Source: Deinococcales bacterium
Lineage (GTDB): Bacteria > Deinococcota > Deinococci > Deinococcales > JAAFIG01
Assembly: GCA_031414595.1 (NCBI GenBank)
Contig: JANNVX010000033.1
Location: forward strand, 1-64,000
Length of the DNA stretch: 64,000 nucleotides
Direction of reading: 5' to 3'
Below the pieces are notes generated by a model. The model saw only the letters and a program-made list of their open reading frames with translations. It ran no database searches and was not told the origin of the DNA. Below, in pieces: positions 26,405-36,191 of this stretch. The position numbers and the translations under genes were made by a program. Numbering within the stretch: the stretch's first letter is position 1; every line of letters starts with the position of its first letter.

Positions 26405-27346
26405 ATGAAGCACTCTTTTAAGGTGGCGACGGCATTCTGCGCGGTTTTACTTCTGCTTATGGCAGCAACTTTAGCCCAGACAACGACTTACCCAATGGTG
26501 GTTAAGCATGATGGGGGCGAAGCCAAAATAGCCCAACGACCACAAAAGATTGTGGTCTTGGGTGCAATTTCGCTCGAGGTGGCTTTGGCTTTGGGGTTAC
26601 AACCGGTTGGTTATGGCAGCACCCCGCCGTATGTGCCGGAAAATGCCGAGCTTGGCAAGCCCATCGAGAGTATTCCCGCTTATGCCAAACTGATTAAAAC
26701 CATGCCTGTCTTGGTTGGTTCTTCGAGTAATCCTTCGCTCGAGGCAATCAAAGCCCTTGGTGCAGACTTAATCATCTCAGATGCTAGGTTCACCGAACTG
26801 AACACCAAATTAGATGACCTTGCTCCGACCCTTGCTTTTAATTTCTCGAGTGTCGGTTCTTCACAACGCGCCATGGATGCCCTTGGACTGGCGACAGGGC
26901 GTTCGGCTCGAGTGGCGGAAGTCAAACGCAACTTGGAGCGCACCGTGGCAATCAACAAAGCCTTATTGCAAGATGTGGTGACAAAAGGCAAACGCATGAA
27001 CATTTTTTTTGTGACCACCGATTCGGTCTTTCGGGGTGGTGTGGCATCCGACACAGGGCGGCAAATGACCTCTTTGGGATTTGAAGTGGTTGGCGTTAAT
27101 AAGGATTCTAATTTGGATAAGGTTTCGCTCGAGTCGCTACCGTTACAACGGGCAAATGTTGGTCTAATCATCATGAGCGCGATTGCCCCAGAAACCCGTA
27201 AAGCTCAAGTGCTGGGCTTACTGAAAAAAAGCAGCATCACCAAATTATTTCGTTATGATTTACGGGCAGACCGTTTAATCACTGGTCCAATTTCCGAACC
27301 ACTACTGCTTGACGAATACACTAAATTACTGCGCGGAGGCTCTTGA
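26405..27346 (+). CDS. Iron-siderophore/cobalamin-type ABC substrate-binding protein
   Basis: Signal peptide, PQKIVVL, LGLQPVG, PSLEAIKALGADLII. Confidence 0.8.
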   Translation: MKHSFKVATAFCAVLLLLMAATLAQTTTYPMVVKHDGGEAKIAQRPQKIVVLGAISLEVALALGLQPVGYGSTPPYVPENAELGKPIESIPAYAKLIKTMPVLVGSSSNPSLEAIKALGADLIISDARFTELNTKLDDLAPTLAFNFSSVGSSQRAMDALGLATGRSARVAEVKRNLERTVAINKALLQDVVTKGKRMNIFFVTTDSVFRGGVASDTGRQMTSLGFEVVGVNKDSNLDKVSLESLPLQRANVGLIIMSAIAPETRKAQVLGLLKKSSITKLFRYDLRADRLITGPISEPLLLDEYTKLLRGGS

Positions 27347-27384
27347 TGCGTCCTTGGTTGTTGTTGCTCTCGAGCCAAATAAGT

Positions 27385-27834
27385 TTAGTACCAATTGTGT
27401 GATGCCACCGCCACACCAACCCCAAGCAAAAAACCGACAAAAACCTCAAAATAGGTATGCCCCAAAAGCTCCTTTAAGGGCTTAGGCGCAAAACCCTCAC
27501 GCAGCACCGCCTCGAGTTCCTGAACCAAGTCGTTTAAGACCTCGGCTTGCATTCCACTGGCACGGCGAATCCCTGTGGCATCGTACATTACAATACTGCC
27601 AAAAATTGCCGCAATTGCAAAATATCCACTTCCCCAACCAAACTCAAGACCACACATCACCGCCAGAGCCGCTACCGAAGCGGTGTGTGACGAGGGCATT
27701 CCGCCTGTCTCGAGGAAACGCTCTGGTATCCATTTGCGTTCGCTTAAAAGAATCAGCAGAACCTTTAAGACTTGGGCTAAAGTCGAGGCAAGAAGGGCAG
27801 TCCAAAGCACTTGGTTACTCATTAGGGCTTGCAT
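27385..27834 (-). CDS. Divergent PAP2 family (DUF212) protein
   Basis: GGMPSSH, VMYDATGIRR, LKELLGHT. Confidence 0.9.
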   Translation of the reverse strand: MQALMSNQVLWTALLASTLAQVLKVLLILLSERKWIPERFLETGGMPSSHTASVAALAVMCGLEFGWGSGYFAIAAIFGSIVMYDATGIRRASGMQAEVLNDLVQELEAVLREGFAPKPLKELLGHTYFEVFVGFLLGVGVAVASHNWY

Positions 27835-27905
27835 GAACAACAGTCTACCAAGTTATGGCAGCCAGCAACACCAGACCAGCCTGTACAAAACAAAACCATC
27901 AAACA

Positions 27906-27932
27906 AAGAAGCCCCTTTATCAGGGGCTTTCT
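27906..27932 (-). terminator. Terminator after tRNA-Asn
   Basis: AAGCCCCT-loop-AGGGGCTT followed by T-rich tract on minus strand. Confidence 0.7.
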
Positions 27933-27934
27933 CT

Positions 27935-28009
27935 TGGCTCGGAAGGTAGGGATCGAACCTACGACCGATCGGTTAACAGCCGATTGCTCTACCGCTGAGC
28001 TACTTCCGA
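27935..28009 (-). tRNA. tRNA-Asn (GTT)
   Basis: TCGGAAG/CTTCCGA acceptor stem, AGCTCAGCGGTAGAGC D arm, CT-GTT-AA loop, GGTTCGATCC, encoded CCA. Confidence 0.96.
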
Positions 28010-28115
28010 ACACGGTAACGCGTTTGAAAATTTATCATGACTTTTTGAAAAACGCAATACCCCCCGTTTAAGGTGTGAATCACAGCTTCTCGAGTTTTGG
28101 CTTTTATTTGGGTAC

Positions 28116-28144
28116 TTGACGTTGGGCTTAATAGCGTGTATCTT
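28116..28144 (+). promoter_or_regulatory. Promoter of tRNA-Leu
   Basis: TTGACG-17 nt-TATCTT with extended -10 TG. Confidence 0.65.
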
Positions 28145-28159
28145 TTGTTGCCCGCGAGT

Positions 28160-28246
<87 letters not shown>

Positions 28247-28272
28247 CCTTGACCACGACTTGGATTTGTTTT

Positions 28273-30072
28273 CTAAGTCGTGGTTTGCCCCACCAAATCG
28301 CAGAATTCATCTACTCGAGACCGAATCTGATCTAAGCTCGAGCGCCAGAAATCTGGGGTGCGGAGGTCAATGCCAAAACCACTGGCAAGGGTGGCAGCGT
28401 CTGCCAGTCCAGTAGATGAAAGCAGGGTGTCGTACTTGGTTTTGAAGCTTTCTGGGTTCTGTTGGTACTGAGCGTATAACCCAAGCCCAAAGAGCAGCCC
28501 AAAGGTGTACGGATAATTATAGAAACTCAGTCCAGCGCTGTAATAATGCCCTTTGACTGCCCACATATATGGGTGATAGGTGCTGGCATCTAAGCCGTCG
28601 CCGTAGGTCTCGAGTTGTGCCTCGAGCATCAGGTTTTTAAGTTCGGCGACCGACAATTCACGCGCTTCGCGAGCCTTAAAAACCCGACTTTCAAATAAGA
28701 ATCGGCTGTGGATGTCCACCACAACTTGGGTTTGTCCTTGCAGTTCAGTGTCTAAAATGTAGAGCTTCTCTAATGTCTTGGCTTCTTTTAAGGCAGCGTT
28801 AGAAACAATTGTTTCACAAAAAATACTAGCGGTTTCGGCAAGGGTCATCGGGGTTTGGCGTTGTAGGGGCGCACGGTCTTTTAAGCAGAGGTTGTGGTAG
28901 CCATGTCCGAGTTCATGGGCAAGGGTGGATAAACTGTCTAAGCTCGGTTCAAAATTCATTAAGATACGGCTTTCGTCATCGCGTACCGACATGCAGAACG
29001 CCCCATCGCGTTTACCGGGGCGCGGGGCAGCATCTATCCAGTTCTCACTTAAACTGCGCCGTGCAAAAGCCTCGAGTTTTGGGCTGTACGTTCCAAACTG
29101 CGTCGCAATAAACTCTGAACCTTCCGCCCATTCCCATGACTTACCGGGTTCACCAACAGGAGCAAGCATGTCGTACCAATTTAAGGCATTCGAGCCGAGC
29201 AATTTGGCTTTGGCTTTTAAGTAGCGCCTAAAGTCTGGAAAAGACTCGGTACAGGCTTGGTGCATGGCATCTAAGGTCTGACGGTCTATGTTGGCGCTGT
29301 GCAGACTTGGTGTGATGGCATCGCTAAAGCCTCGTCTGGCATTGACCACACCTACTTCGCCTTTGATGCTGTTTAACGCGGCGGCTAGTGGCACTTCTAC
29401 GGTTTGCCACGCCTCGAGTTCCGCCGTGTATGCAGCTTTGCGCCGCGCCGTATCGGGGCTTCGGGCGGCGGCTCGAGTGGCACTCATCGGGATGGATTCA
29501 TTCTGCACCATCACTTCTAAACGACTGACGATGTTGCCATGTAATTTAGCCCAGGCACTCGAGGCACTGGGGCTTAAACTGCTGCGTAAATCCTCTTCTT
29601 CTGGACTCATTTGGTGTTTAGCCGCAAACTGCATTTTCTGCAAGGCAAAGGTGTACTCCCTTATATTTGCAGAAAACTGAAAAGTGCCATCCAAGTCTAT
29701 ACTGCCAATCCAAGCTGCCAAGCGCGTGTACAACTTATTTTGACGCACATAAAAAAGTTGTAACTCAGAAGCCTTGGCTTGGGCAAAGTCGTTTCTTGAA
29801 TTGGTGCTGGTAAAACAATGAATATAGGCAGACACCAAACGCACTTTTTCGGCTAAAGAATTGAGGCTCTGTAACACCATCTCGAGTGACTGAGCAGCCT
29901 CGGCTGGCTTTGGGCTGGTCTCGAGTTTTTTAATTTTCTGTTGCTCGAATAGCGCCTCGAGTGCCGTTAAATCGCTAAACAACCCTACAAAATCAGTCGT
30001 AAATTCGGCGGAATCAAGGGCTGGATAAAAGGCAGTCGTGTTCCATTCGGGCAGGGATTGAATTTGGCTCAT
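28273..30072 (-). CDS. pepF: M3 family oligoendopeptidase F
   Basis: GKRDGAFC, TLAHELGHGYH, AETASIFCE, FYNYPYTFG. Confidence 0.92.
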   Translation of the reverse strand: MSQIQSLPEWNTTAFYPALDSAEFTTDFVGLFSDLTALEALFEQQKIKKLETSPKPAEAAQSLEMVLQSLNSLAEKVRLVSAYIHCFTSTNSRNDFAQAKASELQLFYVRQNKLYTRLAAWIGSIDLDGTFQFSANIREYTFALQKMQFAAKHQMSPEEEDLRSSLSPSASSAWAKLHGNIVSRLEVMVQNESIPMSATRAAARSPDTARRKAAYTAELEAWQTVEVPLAAALNSIKGEVGVVNARRGFSDAITPSLHSANIDRQTLDAMHQACTESFPDFRRYLKAKAKLLGSNALNWYDMLAPVGEPGKSWEWAEGSEFIATQFGTYSPKLEAFARRSLSENWIDAAPRPGKRDGAFCMSVRDDESRILMNFEPSLDSLSTLAHELGHGYHNLCLKDRAPLQRQTPMTLAETASIFCETIVSNAALKEAKTLEKLYILDTELQGQTQVVVDIHSRFLFESRVFKAREARELSVAELKNLMLEAQLETYGDGLDASTYHPYMWAVKGHYYSAGLSFYNYPYTFGLLFGLGLYAQYQQNPESFKTKYDTLLSSTGLADAATLASGFGIDLRTPDFWRSSLDQIRSRVDEFCDLVGQTTT

Positions 30073-30126
30073 GGGGAAGAAGTATAAAACATCTCAACTT
30101 TAAGAATCAGGGGGTAATGATGGTTA

Positions 30127-31023
30127 TCAGGTTTCTTTGCGTCCTGTAAAAATCGAAAGTAACCTTTGATGCCATGGGACTTTATGATGCTGCACAAAAC
30201 TCTGGGTGGCGACTTTAGAACCCACATCCTGTCCGTAGTGCTGACTTAAATTAAAGCGGTGATCCATCATAAAAATATATAAATCGGCTTCGGTGCGGTT
30301 TGGGAAGCTCTCCAAGGCATTGACTTCACGCATTTCGTCCACCATACGTTTGTAAAGTCTCGAGTACCAGCTTTCTACGGCTTCGGCTTGGCTAATATCA
30401 CGTTTTAAGTTTAAGCCCAAAAAATACTGGCGCTTTTCGATGTGGTCAAGCAAAATATCGTAACGTCCGGGCGTGGTAAAGCGAATTTCTTCGTGGTCTG
30501 GGACAATTTGGGGCAAATTTGTGCTTTGTAAAAACTGGGCATATTCGCCTTTGATAATAAAATCCTTGATGTCATCGCCTTTTTCGGGGGCAATCGGCAC
30601 ATCAAGTTCAATCACCTCGGCATCAATAAATTTTTGCCCCTCGAGATGCCCAACACTGACGCGGTGGTTTCCGTCTTTGACAAAGTAGGTTTCGCCGACC
30701 TTATAGACTTGAATGGCGGGCATTTCTTTACCCTCGAGTTTTAAGCGCCGAATGTTTGTCCAACGTTCTTTTAAGTGGTCGGCTCGAGGAAAAAAAGCCT
30801 CATCAAAATCACGATACCGGTCTACACTGCCAATGATTTGGTCTATGGCGATGGTCTGAATCCCTCGGTAATGCTCGGCGGTTGGATGTAGATGTTTGAC
30901 GGCATCAAAAGGCAATAAGTCGTTGTCTTCGCCACGTAACCAGGCGCTTAAATCGGCTAACCACGATTTTCGGCGTGCGGTTTTTAAGTCGTGTTCTGCT
31001 TGTTGTTCAAACCATCCCATCAA
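30127..31023 (-). CDS. ParB/Srx-like N-terminal domain protein (DUF4032-like)
   Basis: IIGSVDRYRDFD, PAIQVYKVGETYFVKDGNHRVSV, RTEADLY. Confidence 0.72.
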   Translation of the reverse strand: MMGWFEQQAEHDLKTARRKSWLADLSAWLRGEDNDLLPFDAVKHLHPTAEHYRGIQTIAIDQIIGSVDRYRDFDEAFFPRADHLKERWTNIRRLKLEGKEMPAIQVYKVGETYFVKDGNHRVSVGHLEGQKFIDAEVIELDVPIAPEKGDDIKDFIIKGEYAQFLQSTNLPQIVPDHEEIRFTTPGRYDILLDHIEKRQYFLGLNLKRDISQAEAVESWYSRLYKRMVDEMREVNALESFPNRTEADLYIFMMDHRFNLSQHYGQDVGSKVATQSFVQHHKVPWHQRLLSIFTGRKET

Positions 31024-31089
31024 TGCACCTTACAAGAAAAGCGTGAACCAAACATCAGCTTAGGTTGTGAAACCCTTTCACGACCCTGC

Positions 31090-31815
31090 TTAATCTGCTA
31101 AAACCGACGTGTCCGACGCAAAAACACTGGACTGAGGATTTGCTTTGAGACTCGAGCCAGCCGAACTTTGTGCATTTGGCAATTCGAGTTCAAGCACCGT
31201 ATAACCATAAGCATTGACAATTTTAGAACCGAAATCGGTCTGGTACTCGACTTTTTTGCCTTCATAGGCATGGACATGCCCATGTACCATCAGGGCTGGT
31301 TTATGGCGATTTAAGAACTCACCAATTTCTTTGCAACCTCGGTGGGCATGGTCTGTTCCCGCGTGTCGACCCGGCGGCGGGGCATGGGTTAAGAAAATAT
31401 CAAAGGGCGTGGTTTTACGGCGTTTCTCGAGCCATAAACCCCATTCGAGTCTGCCCAGCCCCAGTTTGACTTGCGCCCCTGTGTACTGCCCGCCATCATT
31501 GCGTTCGTTGTAGCGCGGCGCACCACCCCAACCGATAATTCTAAAATCACCTGCCCTGATAAATTTACCATGGGCGTTGATTGCCCCGCCCGGGTCCACC
31601 ATTTGCCCAAGATAATCCTTGACTTTTTCTTCGCCATGATTGCCATGCACAAAGACCACTGGACAAGTGCAACGGGTGGCAATAAATTCGATGTAATAGC
31701 CCGGTAAGTCCCCAGCAATCAAGACCAAATCAAGCGGCTCGAGACCACTTGGGAAGGTATCGCGGTAGATATACGGATGAACCATATCCGCCACCGCCAA
31801 AATGCGTTTAAGCAT
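31090..31815 (-). CDS. Calcineurin-like metallophosphoesterase
   Basis: AVAD, AGDL, HGNH, THAPP, HGHVH. Confidence 0.88.
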   Translation of the reverse strand: MLKRILAVADMVHPYIYRDTFPSGLEPLDLVLIAGDLPGYYIEFIATRCTCPVVFVHGNHGEEKVKDYLGQMVDPGGAINAHGKFIRAGDFRIIGWGGAPRYNERNDGGQYTGAQVKLGLGRLEWGLWLEKRRKTTPFDIFLTHAPPPGRHAGTDHAHRGCKEIGEFLNRHKPALMVHGHVHAYEGKKVEYQTDFGSKIVNAYGYTVLELELPNAQSSAGSSLKANPQSSVFASDTSVLAD

Positions 31816-31840
31816 ACGAATGACTGGTATTGTAACCCAC

Positions 31841-31883
31841 GCTGCTGACATTGCCAAGTCTTGTGCTGCTGACATTGCCAAGT
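31841..31883. repeat. 19-bp direct repeat (24-bp period) in divergent promoter region
   Basis: GCTGCTGACATTGCCAAGT twice. Confidence 0.8.
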
Positions 31884-31927
31884 GCGAATCTGAAACAAAA
31901 AACAAAATTTAGGTCTACACTATGACC

Positions 31928-32860
31928 ATGAAAAATTTGCAAACCTTGCTGTTGGGACTGCTTCTCACTTCGAGTTTGGTCTTGGCACAAAGTCTGCCCA
32001 GTGGCATAGAAGCCCAAATTGGGCAGCAATACCAAGCTGGAACTCGAGTCAACATTGCTAAACATGGTTTGTCATTTATTGTTCCAAGCGCTTTTACGGG
32101 AACAACCGTGCTGAGTGCGGGCAGTCAAATCACCGTCTTGTCTCGAGCGCAAGATATTTCGGTGCTGGTTTGGGCTTTTTCTGGTCTCGAGCCTAGGGAA
32201 GCTGCCGTATGGCTGGCTTATCCAATTGAAATCAGCCAGAACCTCAAATTTCAACTTCAAGCCCCGCCAGTGACGCAAAATAACTTGGTTTATGCCTATC
32301 ACACCAGCCCGCAACTCGATAGTCTAACCGTAATTGCTTTTGGGCAGAATAACGCGATTGGTTTTACAATTATCAGTGCCAAAAGCGCCAGCCAAGAATT
32401 ATCTAGCATTGCCAATACCTTACTTGGCAATTTAGCCTTTGCCCCAAGCCCTACTTTTGAGACGGTACAACAACTTCGCCAAGGTTTAGGCGGCTTATAC
32501 ATGCTGCACTATTCGTTCAAGGCAGTTGGCTCAAGTGGTTTTGGCGGCACAGAGAACAAACGCCAATGGGATTTATGTTCTAACGGCACATATGCTTATT
32601 TTGGTCGGGTCGAAAGCAGTTACACCACCAATAACCCCTATGCGGACACCAGTTTATCGGTTTTTAGCACCAGTGGAGCAAATGAAGTCGGCGTTTGGCG
32701 GGTTTTTGCAGTGAATGATGTCTACACCCTGCTGACCATTTCTAACCAAGGGGTCTTAGATTCGCATATTTTAAGTAATCTTGAACGAGCAAATGGAAAA
32801 CTCCCATTCTTAAACGGCAAAGAACTTGGGGCGTTTGGACGCAGTAACGTTTGTCAGTGA
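31928..32860 (+). CDS. Secreted hypothetical protein (paralog 1)
   Basis: Signal peptide ending VLA-Q; aligns with the C-terminal two-thirds of the next gene. Confidence 0.8.
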   Translation: MKNLQTLLLGLLLTSSLVLAQSLPSGIEAQIGQQYQAGTRVNIAKHGLSFIVPSAFTGTTVLSAGSQITVLSRAQDISVLVWAFSGLEPREAAVWLAYPIEISQNLKFQLQAPPVTQNNLVYAYHTSPQLDSLTVIAFGQNNAIGFTIISAKSASQELSSIANTLLGNLAFAPSPTFETVQQLRQGLGGLYMLHYSFKAVGSSGFGGTENKRQWDLCSNGTYAYFGRVESSYTTNNPYADTSLSVFSTSGANEVGVWRVFAVNDVYTLLTISNQGVLDSHILSNLERANGKLPFLNGKELGAFGRSNVCQ

Positions 32861-32868
32861 GGTCAAGT

Positions 32869-34212
32869 GTGAAAAAAATAATGATGCTGATTGTCGGTTT
32901 AGCGCTTCTAGTCTCGAGTTTTGTCTTGGCACAAAGCCTAAGTGGAACTTGGACACTTCGCACCCCAGAAGGACAAACCATCACCCTGAGCCTACAAGAT
33001 TCAAATAGGCAAATTATCGGCAAGCTCAGCAACGGCGCAAACGTCTATGCTTTGCAAGGAAATTCGAGTGGTTCAAAAGCCGAAGGTTTGTATGAGGGGG
33101 CTGGAGAACAAGGTTTTTTTAGCCTGAGTGTCCAAGGTAATACCCTGAATTTTATTTTTGGTCAACTTGATGCCAATGGACAAGCCAACACCAGCACCGC
33201 GCAGCAAGTGGTGTTTACTCGAGTTGCGGTCAGCAGCAAACCACCTGTTGCAGCCAGTAGCAAACCACCAGTCACCGCCGCAAAACCAAGCAGCCCAAGC
33301 ACCAATACCTCGAGCAGCATTACCCGAAGCCCCATTGCTGCCAAATTACCCAGTGGTACAAGCGCCCAAGCAGGTGCAAAATACACGGCGGGTACTCGAG
33401 TCAACTTGGTTAATCATGGGGTTTCTTTTGTTACCCCGAAAGGTTTTACTGGGCAAACAACGGCTACCGCCAATGGCAATGTGACGCTGTTTAGCCAAGG
33501 CAAAACCGCCAATATTTTCATTTGGGCATTTACGGGTTTAGAACCCAAAGATGCCAGTGCATGGCTTGAGTACCCGTTAGAATTGGATGCCAACCTAAAA
33601 CTCGAGCCGCTTGGCACACCAAAAGTTGTTGGTGGGGTCTTGAGCGCCCGTCACACCCATCCTCAACTTGAATCACAAACCAGTATAGTTTTTAGCAAAA
33701 GCAGCGCCATTGGCTTTACCGTCCTGACCAGCAAAGCCAGCCAAAACCAACTCGAGGGCATCAGCAAAAGCCTGATTCAGACCAGCAAATTTGCCCCAAG
33801 TCAACTGGGGGATACCGTCAAGCGCTTAAAACTTGGTTTAAGTGGGCGGTACTTACTGCATTATTCTTTTACTGGCGCGGGAAGTGGTAATGTTGGCGGC
33901 ACAGAAAATAAACGTCAATGGGATTTATGTTCAAACGGACAATACGCCTATACTGGCAGGGTCGAAAGCAGTTACAGCAGCAATAATTACTGGGCTGGAA
34001 CAAACACCAGTTTTTTTAGCAGCAACGGCGCAGACCAAGTTGGAGTCTGGCGGGTCTTTGCAATCAACGACCTGTTTTCATTGTTGACCATCTCGAGCCA
34101 AGGCACACTGGACTTGCGTTTATTGAGTAATCTTCAGGGTGCAGGTGGAAAATTACCGTTTTTAGATGGTAAAGAACTTGGGGCTTATGGCAAAAGTAAT
34201 AAATGTACCTAA
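32869..34212 (+). CDS. Secreted hypothetical protein (paralog 2) with extra N-terminal domain and Ser/Pro linker
   Basis: Signal peptide; shares GTENKRQWDLCSNG.YAY.GRVESSY and KLPFL.GKELG with upstream gene. Confidence 0.8.
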   Translation: MKKIMMLIVGLALLVSSFVLAQSLSGTWTLRTPEGQTITLSLQDSNRQIIGKLSNGANVYALQGNSSGSKAEGLYEGAGEQGFFSLSVQGNTLNFIFGQLDANGQANTSTAQQVVFTRVAVSSKPPVAASSKPPVTAAKPSSPSTNTSSSITRSPIAAKLPSGTSAQAGAKYTAGTRVNLVNHGVSFVTPKGFTGQTTATANGNVTLFSQGKTANIFIWAFTGLEPKDASAWLEYPLELDANLKLEPLGTPKVVGGVLSARHTHPQLESQTSIVFSKSSAIGFTVLTSKASQNQLEGISKSLIQTSKFAPSQLGDTVKRLKLGLSGRYLLHYSFTGAGSGNVGGTENKRQWDLCSNGQYAYTGRVESSYSSNNYWAGTNTSFFSSNGADQVGVWRVFAINDLFSLLTISSQGTLDLRLLSNLQGAGGKLPFLDGKELGAYGKSNKCT

Positions 34213-34238
34213 TAAGCGCAACCCTGTGCTTAAATTGC

Positions 34239-34949
34239 CTAACTGATTATCCGCCAACCACGTTCTTTTGCGACTATTTCTAGGGTGCTGTCACCACTGG
34301 CAACAATTGCTTCTGCTGCCAATTCAAGCATGGGAATATCTGGCATCGTGTCGCCGTAGGCTATGGTTAAAACCTGCCCTGCTAAGAAATTCTCGAGTCC
34401 AAGGCGTTTTTCTAAACCCACCCGAATTTCGCCAATCACCAGCCCTGTAAGCCTCCCATTTTGTGTGGCAATCGGTGTACCAAGGGCTTCAAAGCCAAAA
34501 GGGGCAGCAAACGCCTCGAGGACTGGTTGGTATGTACCACTGGCAAGAATCACTTGGAAACCATTTTTTTTGGCTGTCTCGAGTTCTTGTAAAACACTGG
34601 GTCTGATTTTTGGCAGCAATTCATGTTCGGCAACCCAAGTGGCAACCTGCTTAAATTCTTCAACGCTTATGCCGGCAAAAAGCCGCATGATATTGGCTGT
34701 CCAACGGTTCTGAAATTCACGTTTGGAAATCAGACCGAGCTTGCTGCTTATAAATTGTGGCAACTGACTTACAAAAAATAACCAAAAATCTGTTTTGCGA
34801 TTGTGCTGCTCTAAATAGGCTCGAATTCCACGCCAAGTTTCACCGACTGTTAGCGTTCCCTCGAGGTCAGAGGCAATAATGATTTGACCAGATAGGCTCA
34901 TGTCTCGATCAAAAGTACCGTTCATGTCTTGATCAAAAGTACCGTTCAT
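34239..34949 (-). CDS. HAD-IB family hydrolase (SerB-like)
   Basis: DLEGTLT, LASG, AYGDTMPD; ATGA overlap with upstream thioesterase. Confidence 0.85.
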   Translation of the reverse strand: MNGTFDQDMNGTFDRDMSLSGQIIIASDLEGTLTVGETWRGIRAYLEQHNRKTDFWLFFVSQLPQFISSKLGLISKREFQNRWTANIMRLFAGISVEEFKQVATWVAEHELLPKIRPSVLQELETAKKNGFQVILASGTYQPVLEAFAAPFGFEALGTPIATQNGRLTGLVIGEIRVGLEKRLGLENFLAGQVLTIAYGDTMPDIPMLELAAEAIVASGDSTLEIVAKERGWRIIS

Positions 34950-34955
34950 GTCTTG
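34899..34955. repeat. 24-bp tandem repeat at HAD gene start
   Basis: CATGTCTYGATCAAAAGTACCGTT x2 plus a partial third copy. Confidence 0.85.
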
Positions 34956-35338
34956 GTAATCGCCATGGTGCATCTGGAAACACAGACCAATTTACTGGCT
35001 TCATCGGTAATTTGGATATCCCAAACATGGGTACTTTTGCCTCGGTGCAAAGGTGTGGCTGTGGCTGTCACAAAACCATCGCGTTTAGGACGAACATGAT
35101 TGGCGTTAATTTCGAGACCAAAAGCATTTTCGCCGTTTTCGACAACATTTAAGTATGCGCCAACACTGGCGACTGTTTCGGCTAAAGCCACCGAAGCCCC
35201 ACCATGCAAAAACCCAAACGGCTGCGAGACTTTGGGCTGGACGGGCATTTTAGCGACCACTCGGTCTTTTGTAGCCTCGAGTATTTCTATTTCTAAGGTT
35301 TGAACCAATGTTTGCTGCAAAGCGCTTAAATCATTCAT
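34946..35338 (-). CDS. Hotdog-fold thioesterase (YdiI/MenI/ComA2-like)
   Basis: QPFGFLHGGASVALAET, GLEINANH, HRGKSTHVW. Confidence 0.88.
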   Translation of the reverse strand: MNDLSALQQTLVQTLEIEILEATKDRVVAKMPVQPKVSQPFGFLHGGASVALAETVASVGAYLNVVENGENAFGLEINANHVRPKRDGFVTATATPLHRGKSTHVWDIQITDEASKLVCVSRCTMAITKT

Positions 35339-35386
35339 GTTTGCCTCCGGGCTTAAAAAAATGTACCACTGCCATTTTGCGCTGCT

Positions 35387-36001
35387 CTAACCCCCTGCGT
35401 ACAAGTATGGGCGAACTTCCAAGCCATCAATTTGTAACTCGAGAAAACGCAGTACCCGTTCAATATGCACCGGGTCACGGTACATTTTAGAAAGCATCAC
35501 TGCGCCTTCTAAGGATGCCAGCATCACGCTCGAGAAACTTTCGGGGTCTAGGTCACGGCGTAGTTCGCCGCGAGCAATGCCCCGCTCAAGAATCCCTTTG
35601 ATGGCGGTTCGCCAGCCCTCAAGCGCTCGGCGCACACTCGGACGCAGGGCAGGCAAGGCATCATCGGCTTCGATAGCGGCGTTAAGCATTGGGCAACCAC
35701 CACGCACTGGCGGGTCGGTTAAAAAACTCTTGAAGACCTCGAGAACTGCATAAAGCCGAGAACGTGAATCGCGGCGTTCCTCGAGCAAGCTGTTATAGCG
35801 CGTTTCGACTTGTTGGACGGCGAACAAAAAGGCTTCTTGCATCAAGGCTTCTTTGTTGGCAAAATGATTGTAAATCCCGCCTTTCTCGAGTTTGGTGGCT
35901 GCCATGATGTCCGATAAACTGGTACTGGCATAGCCTTGTTTGTTGAACAAAGCTGCGCTCTGCTCGAGAATAAATTCTTTAGTTCGTTCGCCTTTACGCA
36001 T
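35387..36001 (-). CDS. TetR/AcrR family regulator (NemR/LmrA-like)
   Basis: GYASTSLSDI..KGGIYNHF HTH, GGCPMLN. Confidence 0.9.
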   Translation of the reverse strand: MRKGERTKEFILEQSAALFNKQGYASTSLSDIMAATKLEKGGIYNHFANKEALMQEAFLFAVQQVETRYNSLLEERRDSRSRLYAVLEVFKSFLTDPPVRGGCPMLNAAIEADDALPALRPSVRRALEGWRTAIKGILERGIARGELRRDLDPESFSSVMLASLEGAVMLSKMYRDPVHIERVLRFLELQIDGLEVRPYLYAGG

Positions 36002-36013
36002 TTTAATCCTTGT

Positions 36014-36036
36014 AAAAAAACCATTCGGTCTTTTTT
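36014..36036. promoter_or_regulatory. Putative TetR autoregulatory operator
   Basis: Imperfect palindrome AAAAAACCATTCGGTCTTTT directly upstream of the tetR start. Confidence 0.5.
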
Positions 36037-36191
36037 AAGGTACAGCAAGAAATAAGCAATTGTCAAGTATCAAGTTATGTGCAGCCTGTGTCTTGTGGAC
36101 TCGAGCAGCCCAAGACCTAAATCCCTATATTTTGTACGGATTTTACGTGTTAAACTAGGAATGATTCTCAGTTCTACCCAGAGGTGTACCC

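Noticed and set aside
31841-34955. CRISPR array from 19-24 bp repeats
   Set aside because: Only two or three adjacent copies, no unique spacers, no cas genes
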